The notes under the pieces: generated by a model
The model's input: only the letters and a program-made list of their open reading frames with translations
Told to the model about the DNA's origin: nothing
Databases searched by the model: none
Source of the DNA: Dicyema japonicum
Lineage: Eukaryota; Animalia; Dicyemida
Reading direction: 5' to 3'
DNA: 64,000 nucleotides
Assembly: GCA_011109175.1 (NCBI GenBank)
Contig: RDEW01000033.1
Location: 372,001 to 436,000 of the forward strand
Shown: piece by piece, positions 8,940 to 21,700 of the stretch
How positions within the stretch are numbered: position 1 is the first letter of the stretch
Layout: every line of letters starts with the position of its first letter
Position numbers and translations under genes: made by a program

Positions 8940-11807
8940 CTCAGGAACGTGTTGTGGTGGTGTTGTGTTGTCGACGTGGTTGTTACGAAAAATACAGACA
9001 CAACAATGAAGACTAATGAAGAAAGGAAGGAAAACACCTATCCATGTGAAAAGTGCAACGTAACTAATATGAGAAAAAGGATGATCGCTTGTGCAGCCTG
9101 TTCAAGATGGTATCACAGGTCTTGCGTAGGAGTGTCCAAGAAGGCTCTTATCAATATGACAAAATGGAACTGCCAACCATGCCTTTCATCTGGTACTGCT
9201 TTTTCTTACTCCAATCAAACTGCTTGCATTGAACCGTTTGACCCTACTCTCGTAGCAGATCCTGATGAAGCTCTGAAACTGATCTCTCGAACGCGCTCGG
9301 ACGTGACCATTCCTGTGAAGATTCCCAAAGGTGCGAGAACTGCTGTTGCCGAGGCTCTGATCTCCACCATCAAGGATGTTTTGAAGCCTGACGCCGTTTC
9401 TTCGGAATGGGTCAAATTTTTCCTTTTCCCGTCACTCACTCTTGGGATCAGAAGACCAACGGAAGCATCCACTTCTCTCGCAACGAATATCAAAAAGAGA
9501 GTTAGACTGTTTCTAAATGAACATAAAATGTCACTTACTGCTTTAAAATCAACTCAAATTGCACCCCGGAGTTCAAAGCGTCCGAAAACGGAGGAACTTC
9601 GCTTAATAAAGAAACTAATCAGGATGAAACTTATGGAAGGCGATATTCGTGGTGCTGTACGGCTATTAGTTTGTGATCCTGGGACACTTAAAAACACCCC
9701 TGAAACGCTCTGTCTTTACGAGAAAAACACCCCGGATCCCCCGAAGACTTGAGAACTATAAAACCTTTCCACGAGGAACAATTGCTCGCCTCTAACGAAG
9801 ATATAATCACCTCCCTGCGTTCATTTCGTCCTAGTAGTGGAGGTGGTATCGATGGCTTGAGACCCGGTCACCTACGTGATCTCACAGCTCCAATGATGGG
9901 ATCTGTCGGAAAGGATCTTTCGAACGTTATTTGCGAACTGATCAACAAAATTCTTTCTGGATGTTTGTCTCCTTTCGGTCGAGATATGTTATTTTCTGCT
10001 AATCTTGTTGCTCTCCGAAAGCCTGACGGCGGTGTCAGACCGATTGCTATTGGAAACGTGTTTAGGAGACTTGCAGCTAAAGTCGCTTGCTTTTCTGGGG
10101 TTCAAAGATTACTTCCTAGTTTCAGTCCTATACAGATGGGCGTTGGAGTTCGTGGCGGTGCAGAGGCTTGTGTCCACGCAGTGAGGAGTTTTTTCACGTC
10201 GTCGTCCCAATGCAAAGAGGACGTTGTTGTCTGCAAAGTAGATCTTAAGAACGCATTTAATTCCATAAGGAGAGATCATTTATTGGAGTTATGCCAAAAA
10301 AATTTACCACATATTTGGGAGATTGTTCGCCTTTCATATTCTAAGCCATCATCATTGGTTTTCCACGATGCCATCATTAAATCACGAACTGGTGTTCAAC
10401 AAGGCGACCCACTTGGACCTCTTCTCTTTGCTTTGGGGATCCATGGAGTAGCCGCATGCTTAAAATCACCTTTAAATTTATGGTATTTGGATGACGGAAT
10501 CATTGGTGGACATCCAGATACAGTTTTGGAGGACGTGCGTCGTTTGATATCTGAATTCGAAGCGATTGGCCTTTCTGTCAACAAGGCCAAATGTGAATTA
10601 ATCAAGATCAATTTGAGTCCCGATCTGACTACTTTCTACAATGACCAGTTTAAATACACTCTCGAAAATTATGCATCGGTTCCAGTTGGGGAGTCTCTGT
10701 TTTGGTTCTCCTATATTCGAAGACCGAATTGTGGACGTGTTTAAAGAAAGGACAATAGAGCTCGGTACTTTTGAGACCCGTTTGCGGCATGTTGACAACC
10801 ATATTGCCCTCTTACTATTGAGAAACTGCTTGTCCATTCCAAGATTAAACTATTTACTAAGGACTGCACCATGTTATAAGTGTGATTCCCTTTTAATGGG
10901 ATACTCTGATTGCCTCAAAAGATGTAATGAATTTGTACTTAACGTTTCCCTTGACACCCCTGGATGGATACAGACTCAATTACCGATAGCATTGTGTGGA
11001 ATCGGTCTTACTACTCCCTGCCAAATTGCTGGCCCGGCGTATTTTGCCTCAAAACTTTCATGCAAAAACCAAGTGGACTCAATTCTTTCAAAGCTTCCAT
11101 CTCGGAAACTGTCCGATCTTGGCTTGGGGTTTACCCATGTCAAGAAGTTGGTGGATTGTTGGATGATGACTCACTTCGTACAGCTGTATGTCTACACCTC
11201 GGATTGCCTGTTTGCACCAAATCGAAGTGCAAATGTGGCTCTCAATCGGACGAACTGGGTCTCCACCTCCTCTCATGCCGGAGCGGAATTGGCAGATCTT
11301 CTCGACATTCGGCAATGAACGGCATCATTAAGAGGGCATTAGAATCGGCTGGATTCCGTTGCCGGATCGAACCGACTGGTCTATTTGACAACGGAAGACG
11401 CCCTGACGGCATGACCTCCTTTCCTTTTGAGCGAGGGCGAAACCTTGTATGGGATGTGACCTGTGTCTGCTCTTTCGCCCCAAGCAAAAAAAATAATTCA
11501 CCGGGCAGACCTTCTTCTCAAGCAGAGGAAGTAAAAAATGCTAAATACTCGGATATCAGCGACAGGTACATTTTCGCACCTGTCGCGATTGAAACTTCGG
11601 GGAACTTTGGCCCTAAAACGCTGAAGTTCCTGAACCATTTGGGAAAACTACTGACTGACAAAACTGGTGATCTTCGTGAGACGAGATGGCTCAAGGAGAG
11701 GCTCTCGTTGGCTGTTGTCCGTGGAATAGCTTGTGCATCTCCCAACAGCTGAATTAAAATTAACTATTCTTTTTCCTTTTTCCTTATAATAAATTAATAT
11801 GTGCCCC
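8940..11807 (+). mobile_element. CRE-clade non-LTR retrotransposon with N-terminal PHD finger, RT and restriction-like endonuclease; frameshifted
   Basis: PHD CEKC..IACAACSRWYHRSCV..WNCQPC. RT RPIAIGNVFRRL, DLKNAFN, GVQQGDPLGP, WYLDDG. RLE CKCG..HLLSC..RH..RPDG..WDVTC..ETSG. Candidate 16-bp TSD AAAAGGACTTA(A/T)TTAA at 8924-8939 and 11808-11823. Confidence 0.9.
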
Positions 11808-11815
11808 AAAAGGAC

Positions 11816-12233
11816 TTATTTAATATTATAAGTTAATATTTTCCCTCTAATAGTGTTTTTACTTCTTGTAGCCAGGGGATCTAATCTCTTCATTGCCTCG
11901 TTTAGTTCGTTAATGTTAATTTTATTAGTTTTATTTGTTTTTGTGTTACATTTCTATAATAAAGTTAATATATACAAATAATTTATAGTAATCTCTGAGT
12001 TCTGCTATCACGTCATCTGAGGCCGAACTCTCTACTCCATTCCTCTTCCAAGATTCCATCACACGCATAACATGTGGAAGGTATGAGAACTGCTTTAATG
12101 GTCTGGCTTTGGAAGTATAATAATTGTTGAGGACAACGTTGGAACCTCTATAGCTTCGTTCTTTATTTATAAAATGTCTCATTTTTCTTTCCAAATACTC
12201 TCTTCCAGTTTTACTTAAGAATATTTTGGACAT
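11816..12233 (-). CDS. Small orphan protein (about 130 aa) with a degenerate EF-hand-like segment, 2 exons
   Basis: ATG at 12233 behind an AT-rich upstream tract. Removing the 22-nt GT-AG intron 11954-11975 extends the frame by about 45 codons (ELRDYYKLFKCNTKTNKTNKININELNEAMKRL). Confidence 0.6.
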
Positions 12234-12349
12234 TTAATAGCGTTTGAAACACACCACCACAAACGTATATTTAAATTTATTTTAATATTCAAGTTTTATA
12301 TTAAAATCTATCACAAATTGTAGAATTTGATTTATTTATGTTTATTAAC

Positions 12350-12590
12350 CATGATCACTTGACCCAGACCATCCAACTTTCCCATTACTTAAATCCGCTA
12401 GCCGCAGAAACATAGAACATTCACTGATCTCTAAAGTACACTCAAGATAATCCCACCTCAGGCACAAGATCAAACCTGGATCAAGAGATGCTGGAGCACA
12501 GATCTACTGAGATTAACGATTCAGAACTGGTTCTTCCGAGGGTCGTCAGAGCGAAACTTTATCTCTTGCGAATCACTCATGACTAGAGCG
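12350..12590 (+). mobile_element. LINE C-terminal fragment
   Basis: LVLPRVVRAKLYLLR resembles the LPRxxRxxLAQLR C-terminal motif of Jockey/I-group LINEs. Confidence 0.4.
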
Positions 12591-12989
12591 ATTTTTTGGT
12601 ACATAAATTCGAAAATTTGACCGAAAATGAGCGAAAACATGGACCGAAAATTGAGATTAATTTTAAATTGACTTTTGAGATTGGTTTGTTTAAAGTAGTG
12701 GGATTTGAGTGTTTTCTTACGAAATTGCTAAAAGAACCACCCAAACCTTTTTTCTCTTCCCACGACGAGTTGTCTATTTGTAACTATCACACTCCTCCTT
12801 CTCAAATCTGGGAACATTAAAGAAAATCAGGGCTCATCCACAACAATATAAGTGAAATCATCGCTTTGATAAATTTCTATATCGCTGCTTTATAAGAGAC
12901 CAATTTCCTCCTTACAAACTACCACTCATATCGGCTATTCTTACTCCAAGATCAACCAAACAAGATGGCAATCTAATAACTCAATTTTA

Positions 12990-14720
12990 TTATGGAAAAA
13001 AGCTATAATTTCGTATAATTAAATAAGGTAGCCAAAACCGCATGGGTATTCCCCCTCAAAATTGCTAACGAAACTCACTTGAAGTTAGCGGGGTTCGTTA
13101 AGATTGCTCGAACGTGAGGAAATTTAACTTCCAAGTGGATTCAAAAATTCCACTGCCGAGGGTTCCAGGACACCGAAAGTCTCCATAACGAAAGGAGTAA
13201 ACAGCAATTTATCAGGTAAATCAGCATATTTATTTTTTAGACATTTCGACTTTTATTGCCGCCTACCAGGCTTTTGATGCACTCTGATGGATGTTGCTTG
13301 AGGCAAAAAATGCCCATACACGTGACGTCTCAGACCAGTGGCTTCCGGCTTCAAAGGGGAAATGGACTTCCCATCTGGCCATTTTTAATCATCCCTACAT
13401 AAGCCGACATGTTCAAGCAGATAGTGAAACCTGATTCCATAAAGTTTCATCAAAATAACATCACAGATACTTCCGACTGCAGAATGAAAGACACCGTCGA
13501 TATTTCTATGCTGTTCATGTCGATTATAACAGGGAGACGTCCTGAGGATATATGTATAGTAAGACTGAGGTATGTTGAGTGAGTAAAAATAATCGACCGA
13601 ATGTTCCCTCAAGTAAGCTTTACTAGCTACATAATACTTTCACCATCGCTCTCAGTGATTGGGGATCCAAGCAAAACAAGGTCTTTATCGGGAGTAGAAA
13701 TACTTCCGAGCATTAAAATTGTAAAAGATGTCATAGCTTCTGAAAACTCATCATCGGAGAGTGGATATTTCGTATAAACTAGCTTCCAAATTTTGGGAGA
13801 CAATATGCCTTAGGTTAAGGGGCTAGCGGGGAAGTTTGGTGACTCTCTCGATTGTAAGGCATAATATCAGGGGTCCAAGGGTGTCTCCTTGTTGTACTCC
13901 AGAAGACAAGGAGACTGAGTAGTCTCCGAAGAGTAAGATGATGGCAGATAATAAGACTTGTTCACTATTTCGAGGATATTAGAATCTTTCCATAATCTCT
14001 TTAGACGGATAAGTAACAGGGTGCAGATTGTGAGCTTTGTGGGGGGTGCTTGTTCAAAAAATGATATAGGCGTGAAAGTTAGTTTTCGTAGTTCGCTTGA
14101 AGAAAGTTTCTTGGTGGCTGCACGGGTTCCAACTTTGAATATCATCGAATGAATAGTTTTATTGAGACGAGAACTTTTACTTCCTTAATCTAACTTTGTG
14201 TCCCCCGTATTTTGTTAAAAGAAGTAGGGTAGTCAATGAAATGAGTTCTTCCATAAAAGAATAGCGAGACTCCTTTCTGTGACCCTTTCAAGTAATGCCT
14301 AGCCCAGAAGACACAAAGCTGAGCAGAGTCCTGTATCGGATTAGTCCGAGGACATCATCGGTTGTATTAGAAAGGGTCTCCACAGGGAAAGGACTGCGGC
14401 CGTGTGAATCCTCACAGGAATAGTCCGTAAAGAATGTCGCTCTGAGATAAGACGTAAGTTTCAGGGTCCATGGTTGTGAGACGACTGGTAGACGAGTTAA
14501 CATTCTTACAAGTACATGGGTCAAGACAGGAAGGGCAGTGCCATCAAGTGTGCTCGCAGCGACTTGAGATAATTTGACACACCTGAGGTGGAAAAGACCT
14601 TTGACTAGGCAACAAAATGAACATTTGTCAGATGACCTCGTTGTTTTCTTAGAATCCACATTTTCTTGTATTTCCACGAAACGCTTATTTTTTCCATCAC
14701 AAACTCCCACCACATGTTTT
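12990..14720 (-). mobile_element. Second, decayed CRE-clade element (PHD remnant, thumb and RLE; RT core not found)
   Basis: KCSFCC..LFHLRCVKLS plus WHCPSC in a shifted frame; LVLLGSPI; YILRTSPCY; KWPDG..DVTC-like segment; PFVMETFG; RGNTHAVLATL. Confidence 0.65.
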
Positions 14721-15741
14721 TTCTATTAACTATAATCAATAAAAAATTCATTTGAGTTACCACCGAGAAATCATATTCTCGTGCCAAGATCAATAAATGC
14801 TCGTTAAATACTTGCAATCCACTTAATTAAGACATTTCCATTTTCTTTGATATTTTGGACTGTTTTGGTTATCACCCTCTGTTAAAATCAGAGGCATCAA
14901 ACCCACTCTGGAAGCTGTTCGAGTTTTCTCATTGAGGATGACTAGCTGTTCAAGTTGTGATGGGATCTGAAACTCTCTCTCATACCACTTTGGTCAGTTA
15001 ACCAAAGCGGATCTTTGGCTTTTCTAAGATTTTCGCAGATGAACAGAATAGGGATATTGGTTTGTAAGAGAAGGACCTACAGGACTTATGTCAGATAACT
15101 TCGAGATGATTGGGATGGAGTTCTGATTGATAAGTTGTATATTTGTGTTAAAGCCACGAGAGCGTAGGAACTCGAATTCTTTTAAATTATTATTAGTATT
15201 CTGTCTATTACTTTGACGAAGGTAGAAAACGCTATCAAAAGTCAACCTTTTTTGGGGATCCGAATTTGTTCAAATTTAAATTATGGCCATAAAAGAGGAT
15301 ATTTTTTAAGTTAAGAATGTAACATTCACCGGGATGAGAATTGGATTCTAGTCACTCCAAAAACTGTAGAGTACCAACCAATGTGTGACTGCAGTAATGT
15401 GCAGCCAAGTCATCATCAGATGTTGTACTATCTATAGGTTAATATGGTGTTCTCCCATTTGTCAGGGATAGAATAACTAGGTTCGCAGGGCTTCCTTATC
15501 AAATTTCCTCTAGTATTGAGTTTCTCCTTCTTTAACCACACTAATGTCTCTGCTTTCATATCTTCATTAAGCAACAAGTTTTCACAGTTCTGAAAATCCT
15601 CAAGAGAGAGCTTAAAATTGTTCGGACAGCCGGTACAGTATTTTATTTATTTATTAATAGGAGGTAATAAAAGAAATAGTTATAAGATTATATAAAATAA
15701 TTTGATTTAAAATAAATATAAAATTAAATATTATACTTTTT

Positions 15742-18700
15742 ATGTCACATGATAGACTTTTGTTGGCTATAGAAGGTGAAGTAGAAGATAATGAGAATGA
15801 CATCAGATTTAATCAAAGAACTAATAATTGTTCTTCATGGTCTTCATTTACTTCAATGATGAGACAATCCAGATTTTGTGAGAAATCTTTATTAGAAAAA
15901 TGTCTCCGAAACATTGTTCTTGTAGCAAGAAAAAGTAATTTCAATGATTCTAATGTTTAAGTATGTAAAGAAGAAAGAAAATAAACGAGGTGGCAATGTT
16001 TATCACGAATGAGTTAATGCAAGTCAAGGATTTAAATTCTAACATAATGGATTCAATTTGTGAAAATATGAATGTAGATTGTAATAAAGTGACTATGAAT
16101 GAATTACATGTCGTATTGAATGAAATCAAGTTAATTAAGAAATGCCCGTTATATTATTCAGAATCTAAAACTAAGCTGACAGTACCATTTGGATTCGGTT
16201 ATTACATTATTTTATTTATAGATATTCATGTAAAAGATAGACAAACTTTTGACTCTCAAGATTTTTCTGAGTCAGACGAATCCTTGCATAATTTTCCAAT
16301 AGTCGAGTCTAACATTGACAAAGAGTGGCTTACTTGTCTTCTTCAACCTTATTCAAGAGATAATTTTTCCACAGAAGAGCTCTATCAACTTGTATTGTCT
16401 ATTTTATCATCAAATGATTCAACGATGAAGTACAAACTTATGTATTTTGATTTGTACTAACTCGTAGTTGTTTGACCTTCTTGGTTATGATGGGTTTGAC
16501 TCAATCATTACGCTTATCTCAAACAGGAGTGACATTATTAGACAGCAAATTAAACCCAATAAAGTCAAAAGTAAGAATAAAAAGACAGTTTCTAATTTTC
16601 AATGTTTTCCCTCTCTATCTGAGATTAGAAAATTTATTAACAAGAATGGTTATGTAAAACTACCAAATGTGTTTGATTCAAATATTTATAAACAAGATGA
16701 TGAATTTGTATAAATTATATAATATTAGAAACTCCCAACGTCGACTTTACACAAAAATAATGAAAAATTCGAAAGATTTGATGTCTTACCTCCAGATTCT
16801 AAGAACATTAACGTGTTTGATATAACAAACTCTAAACAAATACACATAAAAGATCTAGATGATGTATATTAAATATAATCCTAGATGATACGAAAAGCAT
16901 TTGAAGGTATAAAATCTCTTAATTGCATTCAATCTACTGTATTTGAAGTTGCAATGAATAGTCAAGAGAATATGCTGATTACTGCGCCAACTGGAGCAGG
17001 CAAGACAAATATTGCTTTACTAACCATTCTTTGTCAATTAAAACAAGATTTGGAGAAGTATTCTATTGAAAATATAAAAATTGTTTATATTGCCCCAATG
17101 AAGGCGTTGGCTAGTGAAATTACGGCTAAACTAAATGAAAGACTGGCTCAGTTTGGACTAAATGTTAGAGAACTCACTGGAGATATGCAATTGACAAAAA
17201 AGGAGGTGTCTCTAACTCAAATTTTTGTTGTTACTCCAGAAAAACTTGATGTTGTATCCCGTAAAGACGTTGACATTGGAATGACTGATAGTTCTTCAAT
17301 TTTATCAAAAATGTCACTACTAATAATTGACGAATTACAACTTTTGGCTGACACACGTGGTTCAGTCCTCGAAGCCTTAGTTGCTCGAGTACTGCGTTTG
17401 GTAGAAAGTAGTCAAAGAATGATTCGTATTGTTGGACTTTCTGCTACTATTCCGAATTATTTAGATGTTGCTTCATTTCTACGAGTTAATTTATATACTG
17501 GACTTTTTGTATTTGATGGTCGCTTTAGACCCGTTCCTCTTACACAATCACTTATTGGAGTTAAAGGACATAACCACCACATCATTGAGAGGAATATGAA
17601 TGAAATTTGTTATTCTGAAGTAATCAAGTTTGTTATGTCTGGACATCAAGTTCATTTAATTAATAATTTTAGGTTATGATTTTTGTGACTTCGAGAAATG
17701 GAACTATTAAAACGGCTAATATTTTACTGGAAATGGCCCAGACTAAAGGACAAGCAGGGTTATTTGTCCCTAAACCTACTGCTGAAACCAATTTTGCTAT
17801 TAAACAAGTTTATATTTTATTTTATTTCTAGATGGGAAAATCAAAAATGAGGGAACTTGGTCGTCTTTTCCCAAGTGGATTTCTTTTTCATCATGCTGGG
17901 ATGAGTCGATCTGATAGAAATTCAGTTGAGAAATATTTCCGTGCCGGTCTTGTCAATTGCCTTGTTTGCACAGCTACGTTAGCTTGGGGAGTTAACTTAC
18001 CTGCTCATGCAGTTATCATTAAGGTATTCTGTTAGTTTTCATTTTTAGGGAACATCTATTTATGATTCAAAGACTAGTTCATTTGTTAACATGAGTGTAT
18101 TGGATGTTCTCCAAATTTTTGGAAGAGCTGGAAGACCTCAATATGATACTACAGGATTCGGTGTACTTATTACTGACCATTCTGCTTTACCAGATTATAT
18201 GAAAGTTATCGGATCGGCAAGTCCTATTGAAAGTCGTTTTCTAGAAAACATTGAAGATAATTTGAATGCTGAGGTTTAAACACAATGTATATTAAAGATT
18301 GTACTAGGAACTGTTAGTAATGTGGCTGAAGCTGTAAAATGGCTTAAATATAGTTATTTCTATGTCAGGTTACTTGCTAATCCTACAGCATATGGATCAT
18401 CATATTCAGAACTACTAGTTTTTAATATTAAAATATATATAGGTTGATGAAACATTGTCACAATATTGTGGAAAATTGGTATGTAAATCAGCCACGTGTC
18501 TTGATAATGCTAAAATGATTAGATTTGATGAAGTACAATCATATTTCTTTTCTACAGATTTGGGAAGAACTGCCTCACATTTGTATGTTACTACTTACAC
18601 TATTAAGGTTTTTTTTGTTCTTATTTTGATAATAAATGATACAATACATGAACGAATTAATGAAGAGGATATTCTCTCCCTCGTTGCGTCAGCCACAGAA

Positions 18701-21700
18701 TTTGAACAGATTAAAGTTAATAATTCTTTATATTAAGGTGAGACCAGAAGAATGTGATGAGCTTGAAACACTTGAAAAATGTATTCCATTTAAACTGGTG
18801 GAATCGGCTATATCTAAGCAAGGAAAAGTTCATGTTCTTTTACAATCATACGTTTGCCGTTTCGAACTTAACATGTTTTCTCTAATATCTGATCAGCAAT
18901 ATATAATTCAGAATGGTTCTAGGATAGCACGTGCTCTCTTTGAGATTACTGACAGAAATGGTTGGGCATTAGCCTCTATGAGATTACTTTCATTTTGTAA
19001 AAGTTTGGACAGACAATTATGGGATTTTGAAACTCCTCTAAAGCAATTTAATGAACTTTCTCCCTCAATTATTGGAAATATACAACGAAATAAATTGGAC
19101 TATTTTAGGATTGAAAGTATGGAGCCTAAAGAAATTGGTTTATTTAACTTTGTGATTTTATAGGCTTAATTGTACGTAGTGTTAATTCTGGTGGATTAAT
19201 AAAACGTTTAAATTCCCATTTACCTATTCTCAATGTAGAGGCGAGTATTCAACCGATTACTCGCACTATCATAAGAATTCGGGTAAAGATTACTCCTAAT
19301 TTTATATGGGACGATAAAGTAGTATGAAAATAAATTAATTAGATGTATGGAATAAAATCAGAATCATCTGAAATGTATCAAATTTGGGTGACAGATCCAG
19401 AAAGTGATCGTATTTACCATTCAGAAACACTTTCAATAAGTAAAAAACACGTACAAATTTACAATAATTATAGGTTATTCATCGTACATGTATTGAAATG
19501 GTGTTTGTTGTCCCAATATTTGAACCTATTCCTGTTCAATACTTTATAGATGTTATTTCCAATCGATGGGTTGGAGTATCAACGACATGTCCAGTATATT
19601 TAGACAGACTTTTACTACCAAGTCAGTCTTACTCCCATACTGGTTGCTATTAAGGATAATTATTAGAATTACTTGATTTACAACCGTTACCAATTAATGC
19701 ATTGGGGAATCATAAGTTGGAATCCCTCTACAATTTTACTCATTTTAACCCAATTCAAACTCAAGTGTTCCACTCTGTGTATCATACAGATCACAACATT
19801 CTATTGGGTGCTCCAACTGGATCTGGAAAGACCAATGTGGCTGAATTAGCTATATTCGTGTTTTCCGTGAATATCCTTCTAAAAAGGTATTAATATTTTT
19901 ATTAAATAGTGTGTGTATATTGCTCCTCTAAAAGCATTAGTTCGTGAGAGATTGAAAGACTGGAAAGATAGAATTGAGAAAAGATTAAATAAACGGTTTT
20001 AATATATCTTAAAAGTAGAGTCGTAGAATTGACAGGAGATAGTAGTCCTGATGCTCAGACATTACAGTGTGCTGATTTAATAGTAACAACTCCGAGAAAT
20101 GGGACGGAATTAGTCGTAGTTGGCAATGTCGTAGTTATGTTCGTAATGTGGCACTTATTTGTATTGATGAAATACATCTATTAGGTTTATTATTATTATT
20201 TATTAAAGGTGAGGAAAGAGGTCCTGTCCTAGAGGTTGTTCTGTCAAGACTTAATTTTATTTCCAATCAAACTCAACAAAAAGTTCGCATAATTGGTCTT
20301 TCAACTGCCTTGGCTAATGCCATTGATATTGCTACTTGGTTATCTATTCCGAGAGTATTATTATTACTCATTGTAAGGAAGGAATGTTTAACTTTCGACC
20401 CTCTGTCAGACCTGTCCCATTGGAAGTTCATATTTCTGGGTTTCCCGGTAAACACTATTGTCCTCGAATGGCCTCAATGAACAGATCTTGTTTTAGAGGT
20501 AATAATAATATTATTTTAGCAATTCAAGTACATTCTCCCAATAAACCTGTACTTATTTTTGTTTCCTCTCGACGACAAACTCGACTCACTGCTTTAGCAT
20601 TAGTTTCTCTGTTAGCATCAGAGAGTGATGATTTCAAACAATGGCTTCACACTACAGAATCTGAAATCGAAAACCTTGATTTAACTGATAATAATCTAAA
20701 ATTAACTCTACCATTTGGTGTTGGTATTCACCATGCAGGTCTTGTTACTTCTGATAGAGAATCCACTGAAAAATTATTTATAGAACAAAAAATTCAAGTT
20801 TGTATGTATATTTTAGTCCAGATTTTAGTTTCTACTTCTACTCTTGCATGGGGTGTTAATTTTCCTGCTCATTTAGTAATAGTAAAGGGAACAGAGTATT
20901 TTGATGGAAAAACAAAATGTTACATTGACTTTCCTGTGACTGGTATTAATTTGTTTATTACTAGACTTACTCCAAATGATGGGGAGAGCTGGTCGTCCTC
21001 AATTTGATCAGTGTGGTGTCGCTTGTATATTCGTTCATGATATTAAAAAGATATTTTATAAAAAATTTCTCTATGATCCATTCCCTGTTGAATCAAAGTA
21101 TTATTTTAAATTATGTGTAGTCTTGTTGCTGTACTCCCCGAGCATATAAATGCAGAGATTGTTGCTGGGACTATTCATAACCCACAACAAGCAATGGATT
21201 ACCTTACTTGGACATATTTCTATAGAAGAATTCTCAGTAATCCAAAGTAAATGTGTTTTTATAATAAGTTATTATAACCTTGAGTCTGTTTCTGAGGATA
21301 ATATTAATAGTCATCTTAGTAATATTATTGAACAGAATATTAATAGTCTTGTATCTTCCCATTGTATTCAAGTATCACAAGTTCAATATTATATTTAATA
21401 ATAGAATTGTTATTATCCTCTCCCAGCTGGTATTATTGCATCTTATTATTATTTAAATCATCAAACCATTGGTTTATTCGTGGACATTATAACTGAAGAT
21501 ATGTCATTCGATGCTCTAATCACCCTCCTATCTGTTTAATGTTTATGATTTATTTAGGCGGCTAAAGAATTTGATGAAATTCCGGTAAGACATAATGAAG
21601 ATAAACTGAATTGTGATTTGGCAAATGAATTGGGAGTTAAAGTTAATAATTATGATTCCCCACATACAAAGACATTACTTCTTATTCATTCTCATCTAAT

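Noticed and set aside
9215-11745. Several minus-strand ORFs overlapping the CRE element (likewise 35603-35968, 46698-47440, 51042-51365)
   Set aside because: Antisense shadows of G+C-richer coding sequence, with no motifs of their own.
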